Part shown: positions 18,421 through 28,166 of the stretch, in pieces
How positions within the stretch are numbered: position 1 is the stretch's first letter
How the letters are laid out: every line of letters begins with the position of its first letter
Assembly: GCA_964557005.1 (NCBI GenBank)
Contig: CAZKYI010000002.1
Coordinates: 129,526-193,525, forward strand
Length of the DNA stretch: 64,000 nt
Reading direction: 5' to 3'
From: an uncultured Pseudomonadales bacterium
GTDB taxonomy: Bacteria > Pseudomonadota > Gammaproteobacteria > Pseudomonadales > JBECKS01
Made by a program: the position numbers and the translations under genes
Notes under the pieces: model-generated
Databases searched by the model: none
Seen by the model: only the letters and a program-made list of their open reading frames with translations
Told to the model about the DNA's origin: nothing

Positions 18421-19191
18421 CTATACGCCGTAGCCACCATCGACGGATAACAGTTGGCCTGTAACATAGCCTGCCTTGTTGGACGCGAGATATACCACCG
18501 CTTGCGCGACTTCTTCCGGTTCGCCCCAGCGCTTGACGCATAAACCCGCCTGAACAGCAGTTTTCCACGCTTCATCAAATACGCCTTCAGCCCATAAGCG
18601 CTTGAAGATACCCGCATTGATGACACCGATGGCAACGCTGTTTGCACGGATGTTGAATTGTCCTTCTTCTTTTGCAATCCCTTGAATCAACCATTCAATC
18701 GCTGCTTTAGGTGCAACGGAAAGTGCATCGCGCTCTGGCCATTTATGTAAACCGGCCGAGCTGATGTGGACGTAAGAGCCACCGCCTTTGGCTTTCATGT
18801 GGGGGAGCGAAGCATGCACGATATTGAAGAATCCGTTTACGTCTGCATCTACCACTGCTTTCCATTTCTCAGGGGTTAAATCACGAATCATGAGCTGTTC
18901 AATGTCAGAGCCTGCGGCAATCACCACCGTATGAATACGGGCGGTAGCAGCAATCTGGTCAATCAGCGATTTAACGCGATTGGCATCACCGATGGAAAGT
19001 TGATGATATTCGGCATGTTTCCCAAGCGCTTTGATTTTTTCGGCGACTTCTTTGGCACGGCCTTCATTGCTGTTGTAGGTCAGCGCAACATCGCTACCAG
19101 CCGCTGCCAGTGCTTCGCAAATACTTGCGCCGACACCACCGCTGCCGCCAACAACCAGAGCCAGGCCTTTTGGAAAATCTTGATTAGACAT
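18421..19191 (-). CDS. SDR-family oxidoreductase
   Basis: Cofactor motif VVGGSGGVG, an SSAG...K catalytic region and a C-terminal YVTGQLLSVDGG. Confidence 0.85.
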   Translation of the reverse strand: MSNQDFPKGLALVVGGSGGVGASICEALAAAGSDVALTYNSNEGRAKEVAEKIKALGKHAEYHQLSIGDANRVKSLIDQIAATARIHTVVIAAGSDIEQLMIRDLTPEKWKAVVDADVNGFFNIVHASLPHMKAKGGGSYVHISSAGLHKWPERDALSVAPKAAIEWLIQGIAKEEGQFNIRANSVAIGVINAGIFKRLWAEGVFDEAWKTAVQAGLCVKRWGEPEEVAQAVVYLASNKAGYVTGQLLSVDGGYGV

Positions 19192-19265
19192 GAGGGGTCT
19201 CCTTTTTGTTTGAGGTTGTCAGTTTAGGCAGATGAATACAGGCTTCATCACCTAAAGGGATGAAC

Positions 19266-19859
19266 TTACAAAGGTGTAAAGAGTTGGGCTTTCAGTAAAG
19301 CCCATTGTGTTGAAAAATGTTGGGTGGGCAGTTGCTGGAATTCACTGCGCACGAAGCCACTGATTTTTCCATCGGCGAAACACATCAGCAAATTGGCTGT
19401 TGCTGTCACGTCCATGGAAGATTTGAGATTCTCACGTATTTCTGCTTCACGAATAATTTGTTTGAGCTGGGTTTCAAATCGTGCGTAAAACTGCGCGATT
19501 CTTCCACGAAGGCGCTCGGTTTCGCCTGCCAAAGCATCGCCTATCATGATGCGTGATATGCCAGGATTTTTTTCAGCAAAACTGAGTAGTAAAAAGAGAA
19601 TCTGTTCGCAGCGTTCACTAGCCAGATTTTTCTCACTCATCACCAGATTTACGCGAGTAAAAATAGTTTCTTCAATAAACTCTATCAGCCCTTCAAACAT
19701 TTTTGCCTTGCTGGGAAAGTGACGGTAAAGCGCTGCTTCACTCACTCCGACCGCTTTTGCAAGTGATGCCGTGGTTATGCGTTCTCCAGGTGAGGATTCC
19801 AGCATATTGGCCAGACATTCAAGAATGTGTTGCTTTCGGTTGCTTCGTTCTCTTGGCAT
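19266..19859 (-). CDS. slmA: nucleoid occlusion factor SlmA (TetR family)
   Basis: [57 protein letters not shown] closely parallels E. coli SlmA. Confidence 0.85.
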   Translation of the reverse strand: MPRERSNRKQHILECLANMLESSPGERITTASLAKAVGVSEAALYRHFPSKAKMFEGLIEFIEETIFTRVNLVMSEKNLASERCEQILFLLLSFAEKNPGISRIMIGDALAGETERLRGRIAQFYARFETQLKQIIREAEIRENLKSSMDVTATANLLMCFADGKISGFVRSEFQQLPTQHFSTQWALLKAQLFTPL

Positions 19860-19863
19860 AGGA

Positions 19864-20769
<906 letters not shown>

Positions 20770-23319
20770 CTAGAAGGGGATATCGAGATCACTTTGGATT
20801 TTTAGCAGTTGTTCTTTAAAACGCGCCTGAATTTCTGCAAGCTGCTCTCCGCTTTTTGCTTCAAAACGTGTGACCAGATTGGCGGTGGTATTTGAGGCAC
20901 GCACCAAACCCCAACCATAGGCGTAATCAATACGAATACCATCGATATCAGTTTTTGCGCCATCGCCAAAATCACCAACAGAAGCGAGCATGGTAATCAA
21001 GTCAAATTTGCTTTCATCATCTACTGCGATATTCAATTCGGGTGTTGACACCATTTCAGGGAATTGTGAAAAAATTTCATCAACACTTTTGGAATCTGTA
21101 GACACAATTTCCAGCAAACGTGCTGCACTGTAAAGGCCATCATCAAAACCATACCAGCGGTCATTAAAGAAAATATGACCGCTCATTTCTCCCGCCAGTT
21201 GTGCACCGCTTTCCATCAATTTTGCCTTAATCAGCGAATGACCGGTTTTCCACATCAGAGGGCGGCCACCTTGCTTGCGAATAGTATCGGCGAGGGTGTT
21301 GCTGCATTTCACATCAAAAATAATATCTGCCCCCGGATTTCTTAACAAAATGTCTTTCGCATACAACATCATCAAACGATCAGGCCAGATAATTTTTCCG
21401 GTATTGGTGACAATGCCCAGGCGATCGCCATCACCATCAAAAGCAATTCCCAGGTGTGCTTTTGTTTGCTGAACCTTCGCAATTAAATCCTGAAGGTTTG
21501 CAGGTTGGCCTGGATCAGGATGGTGATTGGGAAAATTCCCATCAACTTCGTTGTAAAGCGGTGTAACATGACAGCCGATGGTTTCAAACAGTTTTTCTGC
21601 CATAACACCTGTCACACCATTGCCGCAATCAATCACAACATTCATGGGTTGTGCAAGAATCACATCGTTTTCGATGGTTGCGATATAGGCATCCATCACG
21701 TCCTGTGTGCTTGCATTGCCTTCACCGCTGGCAAGATTGTCGGACTCAATCGCCTGCCTGAGTTTTTGTATGTCGTTTTCTGCAAGCGTCACGCCGTTGA
21801 TTACAATTTTCAGGCCGTTGTGATTGGCCGGATTATGACTGCCAGTCAGCATCACACCTGAACGCGCATCCAGCGTTTTGCAGGCAAAATACAATATGGG
21901 TGTAGGCACCATACCAATGTCAATGACATCGGCTCCGCTTGCAAGAATGCCCTGTTTCAAAGCTTCCGATAAGGTGGGGCCAGACAAGCGCCCATCGCGA
22001 GCAATGATGACGGTGTTTTCTCCCTGAGCAATGGATTCACTGCCGATGGCCTGACCGATTAGTTTTACGCCCTCCGCAGTCAGGGTTTCATCAACGATGC
22101 CACGAATGTCATAGGCTCTGAAAATGGAAGGACTAATTTTTGAACTATCGCTATCAACCACTTCGGGCAGGTTGCTGCCACCAAATAAATTTTCGTCGCC
22201 TGAACTGATATCGATGTCAAAATTTTCATCTTTTTTGTGAGCTGGTTTGCGGACGTTTGAAGATTTGCCTGAGGGTGTAAACTGGATTTCGGCAAGTTGA
22301 GTATAGAGCGCTTTCAACAAGGTTGTTTTGAACAAATTACTATCAATGATTTTCTGACCACTACTTCTAACAAATTCGTATATTAGACTTGAATCAGCGG
22401 AGAAACTGTTTTTAAGCATGCTAACGACGATGACAGCAGCCAGTGCTGTGAACCCAATAAATACACCAAAAATCAACGCAATAGCTAAATAGACATTTTG
22501 TAAAAGCATTTCTTTCTGATTGGAAATATATTCCACCTTCCAGCTTGGATGGAGGGTATCAATGACTTGTTTGTTTTTCTGTTGAGCAACCGTACCAATT
22601 TTATAAAAGTCCTGTTTATCGCCTCTTTCGAAAGTTTGTGTCAGATTAACCTGAGTGTTGGCGAGTACTTTATTCGGGAGATTGGCAAAAACTTTTTCTG
22701 CAGAATAAGAAGCAAGAATGGTGTACAAAAGCTCATTGGTTACAGGATGTCTGATTGCACTTGCAACACTGAAATAATCGCCTTTTACATCCTTGTAATA
22801 AAGGGGAAACATGGTTGTATTACTTTCGGCAGCCAGCAGCTGTTTTTGTGTGGCAAAATTAACGGGAGGATAGCTGTCTCTGTCAATATCATATTGACCG
22901 AATAGAAAAATCTTTATATCCATGCTATCAGGTAAATTTCGCTTGATAGATTCTTGCAAGTCCCTGATTGCATTTTCATCCAATGCAAAAAATCGGCTGT
23001 CATTTGCTACAAAATCACTTAATTTACGAACCTCCTTTTGCATCAGGGTAACTTGCAAATTCACCATTTTGGTGTAGGAGTCAAGCAGTTGCTGTTTAAC
23101 CAGCTCATTATTTTCAACAATCATTTCCTGCGCTTTCCAGAATAAAATTCCGGAAATGAGCGATGCTGCAATGGTTGCACTGACGACCAGAATAATCAGG
23201 CTTGAAAGAAAGGTGTTGTCTACAGATTTTTTCCCTTTTGGCACTTTGGTTTTTTCAACTATTTTTTCGGCAGGTTTTGCCTTCTCTGATGTTTCTGTTT
23301 TTTGTTTTTTGTTAATCAC
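20770..23319 (-). CDS. algC: phosphomannomutase/phosphoglucomutase (AlgC-type) fused to a ~390-aa membrane-anchored N-terminal module
   Basis: The C-terminal ~455 aa carry SIFRAYDIRG, the catalytic loop TGSHNPANHNG, the Mg site FDGDGDR and GEMSGH. The N-terminal part has a Lys-rich head, two TM helices (LIILVVSATIAASLISGILFW and AIALIFGVFIGFTALAAVIVV) flanking ~210 aa, and a low-complexity linker. Confidence 0.85.
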   Translation of the reverse strand: MINKKQKTETSEKAKPAEKIVEKTKVPKGKKSVDNTFLSSLIILVVSATIAASLISGILFWKAQEMIVENNELVKQQLLDSYTKMVNLQVTLMQKEVRKLSDFVANDSRFFALDENAIRDLQESIKRNLPDSMDIKIFLFGQYDIDRDSYPPVNFATQKQLLAAESNTTMFPLYYKDVKGDYFSVASAIRHPVTNELLYTILASYSAEKVFANLPNKVLANTQVNLTQTFERGDKQDFYKIGTVAQQKNKQVIDTLHPSWKVEYISNQKEMLLQNVYLAIALIFGVFIGFTALAAVIVVSMLKNSFSADSSLIYEFVRSSGQKIIDSNLFKTTLLKALYTQLAEIQFTPSGKSSNVRKPAHKKDENFDIDISSGDENLFGGSNLPEVVDSDSSKISPSIFRAYDIRGIVDETLTAEGVKLIGQAIGSESIAQGENTVIIARDGRLSGPTLSEALKQGILASGADVIDIGMVPTPILYFACKTLDARSGVMLTGSHNPANHNGLKIVINGVTLAENDIQKLRQAIESDNLASGEGNASTQDVMDAYIATIENDVILAQPMNVVIDCGNGVTGVMAEKLFETIGCHVTPLYNEVDGNFPNHHPDPGQPANLQDLIAKVQQTKAHLGIAFDGDGDRLGIVTNTGKIIWPDRLMMLYAKDILLRNPGADIIFDVKCSNTLADTIRKQGGRPLMWKTGHSLIKAKLMESGAQLAGEMSGHIFFNDRWYGFDDGLYSAARLLEIVSTDSKSVDEIFSQFPEMVSTPELNIAVDDESKFDLITMLASVGDFGDGAKTDIDGIRIDYAYGWGLVRASNTTANLVTRFEAKSGEQLAEIQARFKEQLLKIQSDLDIPF

Positions 23320-23343
23320 GACACTTCTCTCTTTAAAAATGCT

Positions 23344-24594
23344 TTATAAAAGGGGCACGATAACTTCAATAATGCGTTGAGCCAAAACGTATTTGCTTGC
23401 TTGTTGTAACTCACAAGAATTTATCTGCTTGCCTTCAGGATAAAACAATCGAATGGCATTGGATTCACTGTTAAAACCAATGCCAGGTTTGCTGATGTCA
23501 TTGGCGGCAATCATATTCAAATTCTTGCGTGCAAGTTTATCGCGCGCATTTTGCTCAAGGTTTTGGGACTCTGCTGCAAAACCCAGAATAAACGAAGGGC
23601 GCTGTTCCAGTTTGGCAACTTCGCTCACGATGTCGGGGTTTTTAACCAGACGAAGGTTGAGCGTATCCTGATTGCTTTCTTTTTTTATTTTTTGTTCTTG
23701 ATACTGTTCAGGGCGATAGTCTGCTACCGCAGCACAGGCAATAAATATATCACAAGCGGATGCGAGTTTAAGGCTGGCCTCATACATTTCTAAAGCCGAG
23801 CTTACGTTGTGGCGATTTGCGCGATCAGGTGTTGCCAGATTGACCGGACCCGCAATCAAATCAACTTGTGCACCAGCATCCAAAGCCGCCTGAGCAAGTG
23901 CAAACCCCATTTTTCCCGAACTGTGGTTGCTGATATAGCGTACAGGATCAATGGCTTCGCGGGTTGGCCCCGCAGTGATAACCACCCGTTTCCCCGACAG
24001 CAATTTATTTTCAAATTGTTGCGCACACGCCAGCAGAATTTGATCCGGCTCTTCCATTCTGCCTGCACCGGTTTCACCACACGCCTGCTCACCTTCTGCG
24101 GGGCCAATCAGCGAAAAGCCCTGTGCTTTTAATTGGCTAACATTGGTTTGAGTGCTGGGGTTTTCCCACATTTTGGTATTCATTGCCGGTGCCAGAAGTT
24201 TTTTGGCTGTGCTTGCAAGTACCAGTGTGCTGAGCAGGTCATCGGCTTTACCACTTGCAAACTGTGCCAGCATGTTGGCGGTGGCAGGCGCAACGATAAT
24301 CAAGTCAGCCCATCTTGCCAGTTCGATATGCCCCATAGCGGCTTCAGCTTCGTGATCCAGCAAAGAAGTATGTACAGGATTGCCAGAAAGCGCCTGCAAG
24401 GTCATGGGTGTAATGAATTCCTGGGCACCGTGAGTCATCACCACGCGCACCTGCGCCCCCGCTTTTTTCAGGGCGCGGCAGAGTTCAGCGCTTTTGTAGG
24501 CGGCAATGCCACCACAAATGCCGAGCAGTATGCGTTTGTTGCCAAGCGAGTTCAGAGTCATAAGGGTATGTTCTTGGGGGTGGTTGAAAGACAA
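23344..24594 (-). CDS. coaBC: bifunctional phosphopantothenoylcysteine decarboxylase / phosphopantothenate-cysteine ligase
   Basis: Flavoprotein N-domain (ILLGICGGIAAYK, APATANM) plus a CoaB domain (ITAGPTREAIDPVRYISNHSSGKMG). The start could instead be M12 (24561). Confidence 0.9.
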   Translation of the reverse strand: MSFNHPQEHTLMTLNSLGNKRILLGICGGIAAYKSAELCRALKKAGAQVRVVMTHGAQEFITPMTLQALSGNPVHTSLLDHEAEAAMGHIELARWADLIIVAPATANMLAQFASGKADDLLSTLVLASTAKKLLAPAMNTKMWENPSTQTNVSQLKAQGFSLIGPAEGEQACGETGAGRMEEPDQILLACAQQFENKLLSGKRVVITAGPTREAIDPVRYISNHSSGKMGFALAQAALDAGAQVDLIAGPVNLATPDRANRHNVSSALEMYEASLKLASACDIFIACAAVADYRPEQYQEQKIKKESNQDTLNLRLVKNPDIVSEVAKLEQRPSFILGFAAESQNLEQNARDKLARKNLNMIAANDISKPGIGFNSESNAIRLFYPEGKQINSCELQQASKYVLAQRIIEVIVPLL

Positions 24595-24765
24595 GGTATT
24601 TGAATGACTGTCTTTTAACGTGAGTAAGTTATTACCAATGTACTTTTGGGGTGCTCAACCTTACCACTGCTTTCGGGCTTTTTTAAGAACTAACGCTTGT
24701 GATTTTTTTACAATCTTGGCATAAACGCCACGCTTGGGAGGCCACACATTTTAAGGAGAATCATC

Positions 24766-25440
24766 ATGTCAATCAGTCATTGGCCAGAGCAGGAACGTCC
24801 ACGAGAAAAACTCATGCACTTGGGTGCACAGGCGCTTTCTGATGCCGAGTTACTTGCCATTTTGATTCGCAGTGGTTCAGCAGGGCAGTCTGCGGTCAGT
24901 TTGGGCAGAACCCTGATTTCAGCACATGGCGGTTTGCGTCAGGTGATGGATCTGAGTCTGGAAGACATGTGTCAGCATAAGGGCGTGGGACCTGTGACCT
25001 ACAGTTTATTGCAGGCGTGTCTTGAACTGGGGCGGCGCTACCTTGAGCAGGGAATCAGAAATGATATTGCCTTGACTGGTTCACAGGAAACACGCCGTTT
25101 TTTGCGCTCGAAATTGCGCCATAGAAATCAGGAAGTGTTCGCCTGTTTATTTCTTGATGCGTGCCACAGGGTGCTGAAATATGAAGAGCTGTTTTTTGGA
25201 ACCATCGATGCCGCTGCTGTGTATCCAAGACAGGTGGTATCGAAGGCGATAGAGCTAAAGGCAGCGGCAGTGATTTTCAGCCATAACCATCCATCGGGTT
25301 TTGCCGAGCCGAGCTATTCTGATCGACAGATAACCAAAACCCTGATTCAGGCACTCGATTTGATTGATGTGAAGGTGCTTGATCATGTGGTTGTCGGGGA
25401 TACAGAAGAGGTTTCCTTTGCAGAAAGAGGCTTGCTTTAA
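24766..25440 (+). CDS. radC: RadC-family JAB/MPN domain protein
   Basis: WPEQERPREKL..LSDAELLAILIRSG and the JAMM motif HNHPSG..PS..D. Confidence 0.9.
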   Translation: MSISHWPEQERPREKLMHLGAQALSDAELLAILIRSGSAGQSAVSLGRTLISAHGGLRQVMDLSLEDMCQHKGVGPVTYSLLQACLELGRRYLEQGIRNDIALTGSQETRRFLRSKLRHRNQEVFACLFLDACHRVLKYEELFFGTIDAAAVYPRQVVSKAIELKAAAVIFSHNHPSGFAEPSYSDRQITKTLIQALDLIDVKVLDHVVVGDTEEVSFAERGLL

Positions 25441-25577
25441 GCTAAAGCGCTTGAGCTTGAAAGGGCTTTTTGATATAAAGCTCAGCCCTCAAATTGCCCC
25501 CTCGCCCCTGTTTATCTGGCTTGTGGGTGTATGAGTCAGATGTTGATTTGAATTTTGTGATTTTGGAGTAGGCCGCA

Positions 25578-25814
25578 ATGTCTAAAGTATGTCAGGTAAC
25601 AGGTAAAAAACCGGTTACTGGAAACAATGTTTCTCACGCTCATAACAAAACCCGCCGACGTTTTGAGCCAAATTTGCATTACCACCGTTTTTGGGTTGGA
25701 AGCGAAAATCGTTTTGTGCGTTTAAGAGTTTCTGCCAAAGGTATGCGTATTATTGATAAAAAAGGCATTGAGAGCGTATTGAAAGACATGCGTGCTCAAG
25801 GCCAAAAAATCTAG
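25578..25814 (+). CDS. rpmB: 50S ribosomal protein L28
   Basis: [29 protein letters not shown]. Confidence 0.97.
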   Translation: MSKVCQVTGKKPVTGNNVSHAHNKTRRRFEPNLHYHRFWVGSENRFVRLRVSAKGMRIIDKKGIESVLKDMRAQGQKI

Positions 25815-25840
25815 GCAAAAAAAACAGTAGAGAGATTCCC

Positions 25841-25996
25841 ATGAGAGATAAAATTAAACTGGTTTCCAGTGAAGGCACAGGTCACTTCTACACCACGACC
25901 AAAAACAAACGCACCATGACCGAGAAAATGGAAATCAAAAAATACGATCCGGTTGTGCGTAAACACGTTATTTATAAAGAAGCCAAAATCAAGTAA
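25841..25996 (+). CDS. rpmG: 50S ribosomal protein L33
   Basis: Not in the ORF track because it is only 51 aa. My translation is [51 protein letters not shown]. An RBS AGAGAG lies upstream. Confidence 0.95.
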   Translation: MRDKIKLVSSEGTGHFYTTTKNKRTMTEKMEIKKYDPVVRKHVIYKEAKIK

Positions 25997-26014
25997 TTCC
26001 CCTTTCCTTAGCTG

Positions 26015-26064
26015 GCAAGCTCGAGCATGTTGTTTTTAATGGATGCTTGAGCTTGCATTTTTTT
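26015..26064 (+). terminator. rho-independent terminator after rpmBG
   Basis: 14-bp stem GCAAGCTCGAGCAT/ATGCTTGAGCTTGC with one G-T pair, followed by TTTTTTT. Confidence 0.7.
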
Positions 26065-26118
26065 CTCCCTTCCTGATTATTCAATTTCATTCATAAGGCT
26101 TGATGCGCTTGTCTCGAT

Positions 26119-26934
26119 ATGCCTGAACTTCCTGAAGTTGAAACCACCTTGTCGGGTATCAAGCCGCATATTCAGGGCGAGCGTTTAGACCAACTGCTTA
26201 TTCGCGAACGGCGATTCAGATGGCCGATAGAAGCGGGTCTTGAAAAACGTCTGCAAGGTCAAAAACTGAAAACGCTGGGGCGACGTTCCAAATATCTGCT
26301 ACTTCACTTTGAATCAGGCACCTTGTTGCTGCATCTGGGAATGTCCGGTTCGTTGCGCATTCTGCATCAGCCTGTCAGACCTGAAAAACACGACCATGTG
26401 GATTTTGGTTTTGCCAATGGTGTGTTGCTCAGGTTTCGTGATCCACGGCGTTTCGGTGCTTTGGTCTGGGCAGGACAACAGTGGCAAAGCCATTCTTTGA
26501 TTCAGCACCTGGGGCCTGAGCCACTTTCAGAGGCGTTTGACCGTGCTTATCTTTTCGGTAAAAGCCGAAAAAGAAAGCAGGCAATCAAGCAATTTATTAT
26601 GGATGCAAGCACGGTTGTGGGCGTGGGAAATATCTATGCCAATGAAGCGTTGTATTACGCAGGGATACACCCGTTACGTGAAGCTGGTAGCTTATCCAGC
26701 AAGCGTTTGGCAGTGCTGGTGGATACCATCAGGCAGGTACTGGAGCGAGCGATTGTGGCTGGAGGCACAACCTTGAAGGATTTTGAAAGCCCTGAAGGAA
26801 AGCGGGGCTATTTTGTGCAGGAACTGGCAGTTTATGGAAGGAAGGGTCAGCCCTGTATGTGCTGTGGCAACTTATTGGAAGAAATCAGGCTCAATCAGCG
26901 TTCTACGGTGTTTTGTGGTCGTTGCCAAAAATAG
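26119..26934 (+). CDS. mutM: formamidopyrimidine-DNA glycosylase
   Basis: N-terminal MPELPEVE, an H2TH region and a C-terminal zinc finger CMCCG...CGRCQ. Confidence 0.95.
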   Translation: MPELPEVETTLSGIKPHIQGERLDQLLIRERRFRWPIEAGLEKRLQGQKLKTLGRRSKYLLLHFESGTLLLHLGMSGSLRILHQPVRPEKHDHVDFGFANGVLLRFRDPRRFGALVWAGQQWQSHSLIQHLGPEPLSEAFDRAYLFGKSRKRKQAIKQFIMDASTVVGVGNIYANEALYYAGIHPLREAGSLSSKRLAVLVDTIRQVLERAIVAGGTTLKDFESPEGKRGYFVQELAVYGRKGQPCMCCGNLLEEIRLNQRSTVFCGRCQK

Positions 26935-27002
26935 CGATTTGCAGATTTAAGCTTGGCTAGGGCTTGATTCGCAGGTTAGAATGCTGAATTATTAAGGACT
27001 TA

Positions 27003-27067
27003 TCGTAGAAAGTGAAAAAACTACTTTAACAATAAGATTCTTTATAAACGGGTTTTCGTAGAAAGTG
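27003..27067 (+). repeat. 12-bp direct repeat TCGTAGAAAGTG, two copies 53 bp apart, in the promoter region of the next gene
   Basis: Exact copies at 27003-27014 and 27056-27067, which is about 5 helical turns. Both have A/T-rich flanks. Confidence 0.6.
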
Positions 27068-27116
27068 TTTTATAAAACCAATAATAAATAGAGCCATATC
27101 TGGAACGGAAATAGCC

Positions 27117-27482
27117 ATGAACAAGCAACCTAAACTTCCAAAAGTCTCTCACGTGATTTCAGTCGTCAGAAAACTGATTTTATCTTTCACCCTTTGCCTT
27201 ACCTTGGTCGTACCAGCTTTAAGCCATGCAGGCAGGATTGATGAGCCGCCGACGCCAGCAGCCATGATTGGCGATATTATGGTCAGACCCATCATGGCAG
27301 GTGCGACGGTGATTGGTGCAGGGTTATGGGTAGCTACGCTGCCTTTTTCTCTTTTGGGTGGTAACGCTGGACAGGCTGGAGACGTATTGGTAGTCAAACC
27401 GTTTCAGGCAACCTTTTTGCGTTGTTTGGGCTGCACCAATGCCAACTCAGGTGCTTTTGGTGGTTCACGACCAGTTGAGTGA
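27117..27482 (+). CDS. hypothetical small exported or membrane protein
   Basis: Signal- or TM-like ILSFTLCLTLVVPALSHA and a second hydrophobic stretch IMAGATVIGAGLWVATLPFSLLGG. I recognised no family with confidence. Confidence 0.5.
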   Translation: MNKQPKLPKVSHVISVVRKLILSFTLCLTLVVPALSHAGRIDEPPTPAAMIGDIMVRPIMAGATVIGAGLWVATLPFSLLGGNAGQAGDVLVVKPFQATFLRCLGCTNANSGAFGGSRPVE

Positions 27483-27512
27483 GTGAAATCGGGCAGTAAA
27501 CGATAAAAATCT

Positions 27513-27545
27513 AAAAAGGCAGACAGGGTTCTGCCTTTTTATTTT
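27513..27545. terminator. bidirectional rho-independent terminator between convergent genes
   Basis: AAAAAGGCAGA-CAGGGT-TCTGCCTTTTT has an A-run before and a T-run after the stem. Confidence 0.8.
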
Positions 27546-27549
27546 GTAC

Positions 27550-28047
<498 letters not shown>

Positions 28048-28166
28048 TTAGGTTGCGTGAACGTGTAGCGATGGTAACCAAATCGCCCTGTACTCACAAG
28101 CGACTGAAAGGGTGCTTAAAGGTTACCAAAAATAATAACAATGAAATGTATTAAAGAGATTTTTTT

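Noticed and set aside
23320-23343. Absence of dut between coaBC and algC. From memory, Pseudomonas has coaBC-dut-algC-argB.
   Set aside because: This rests only on recollection of another genus. The 24-nt gap shows no gene remnant, so there is nothing to evaluate in the sequence.
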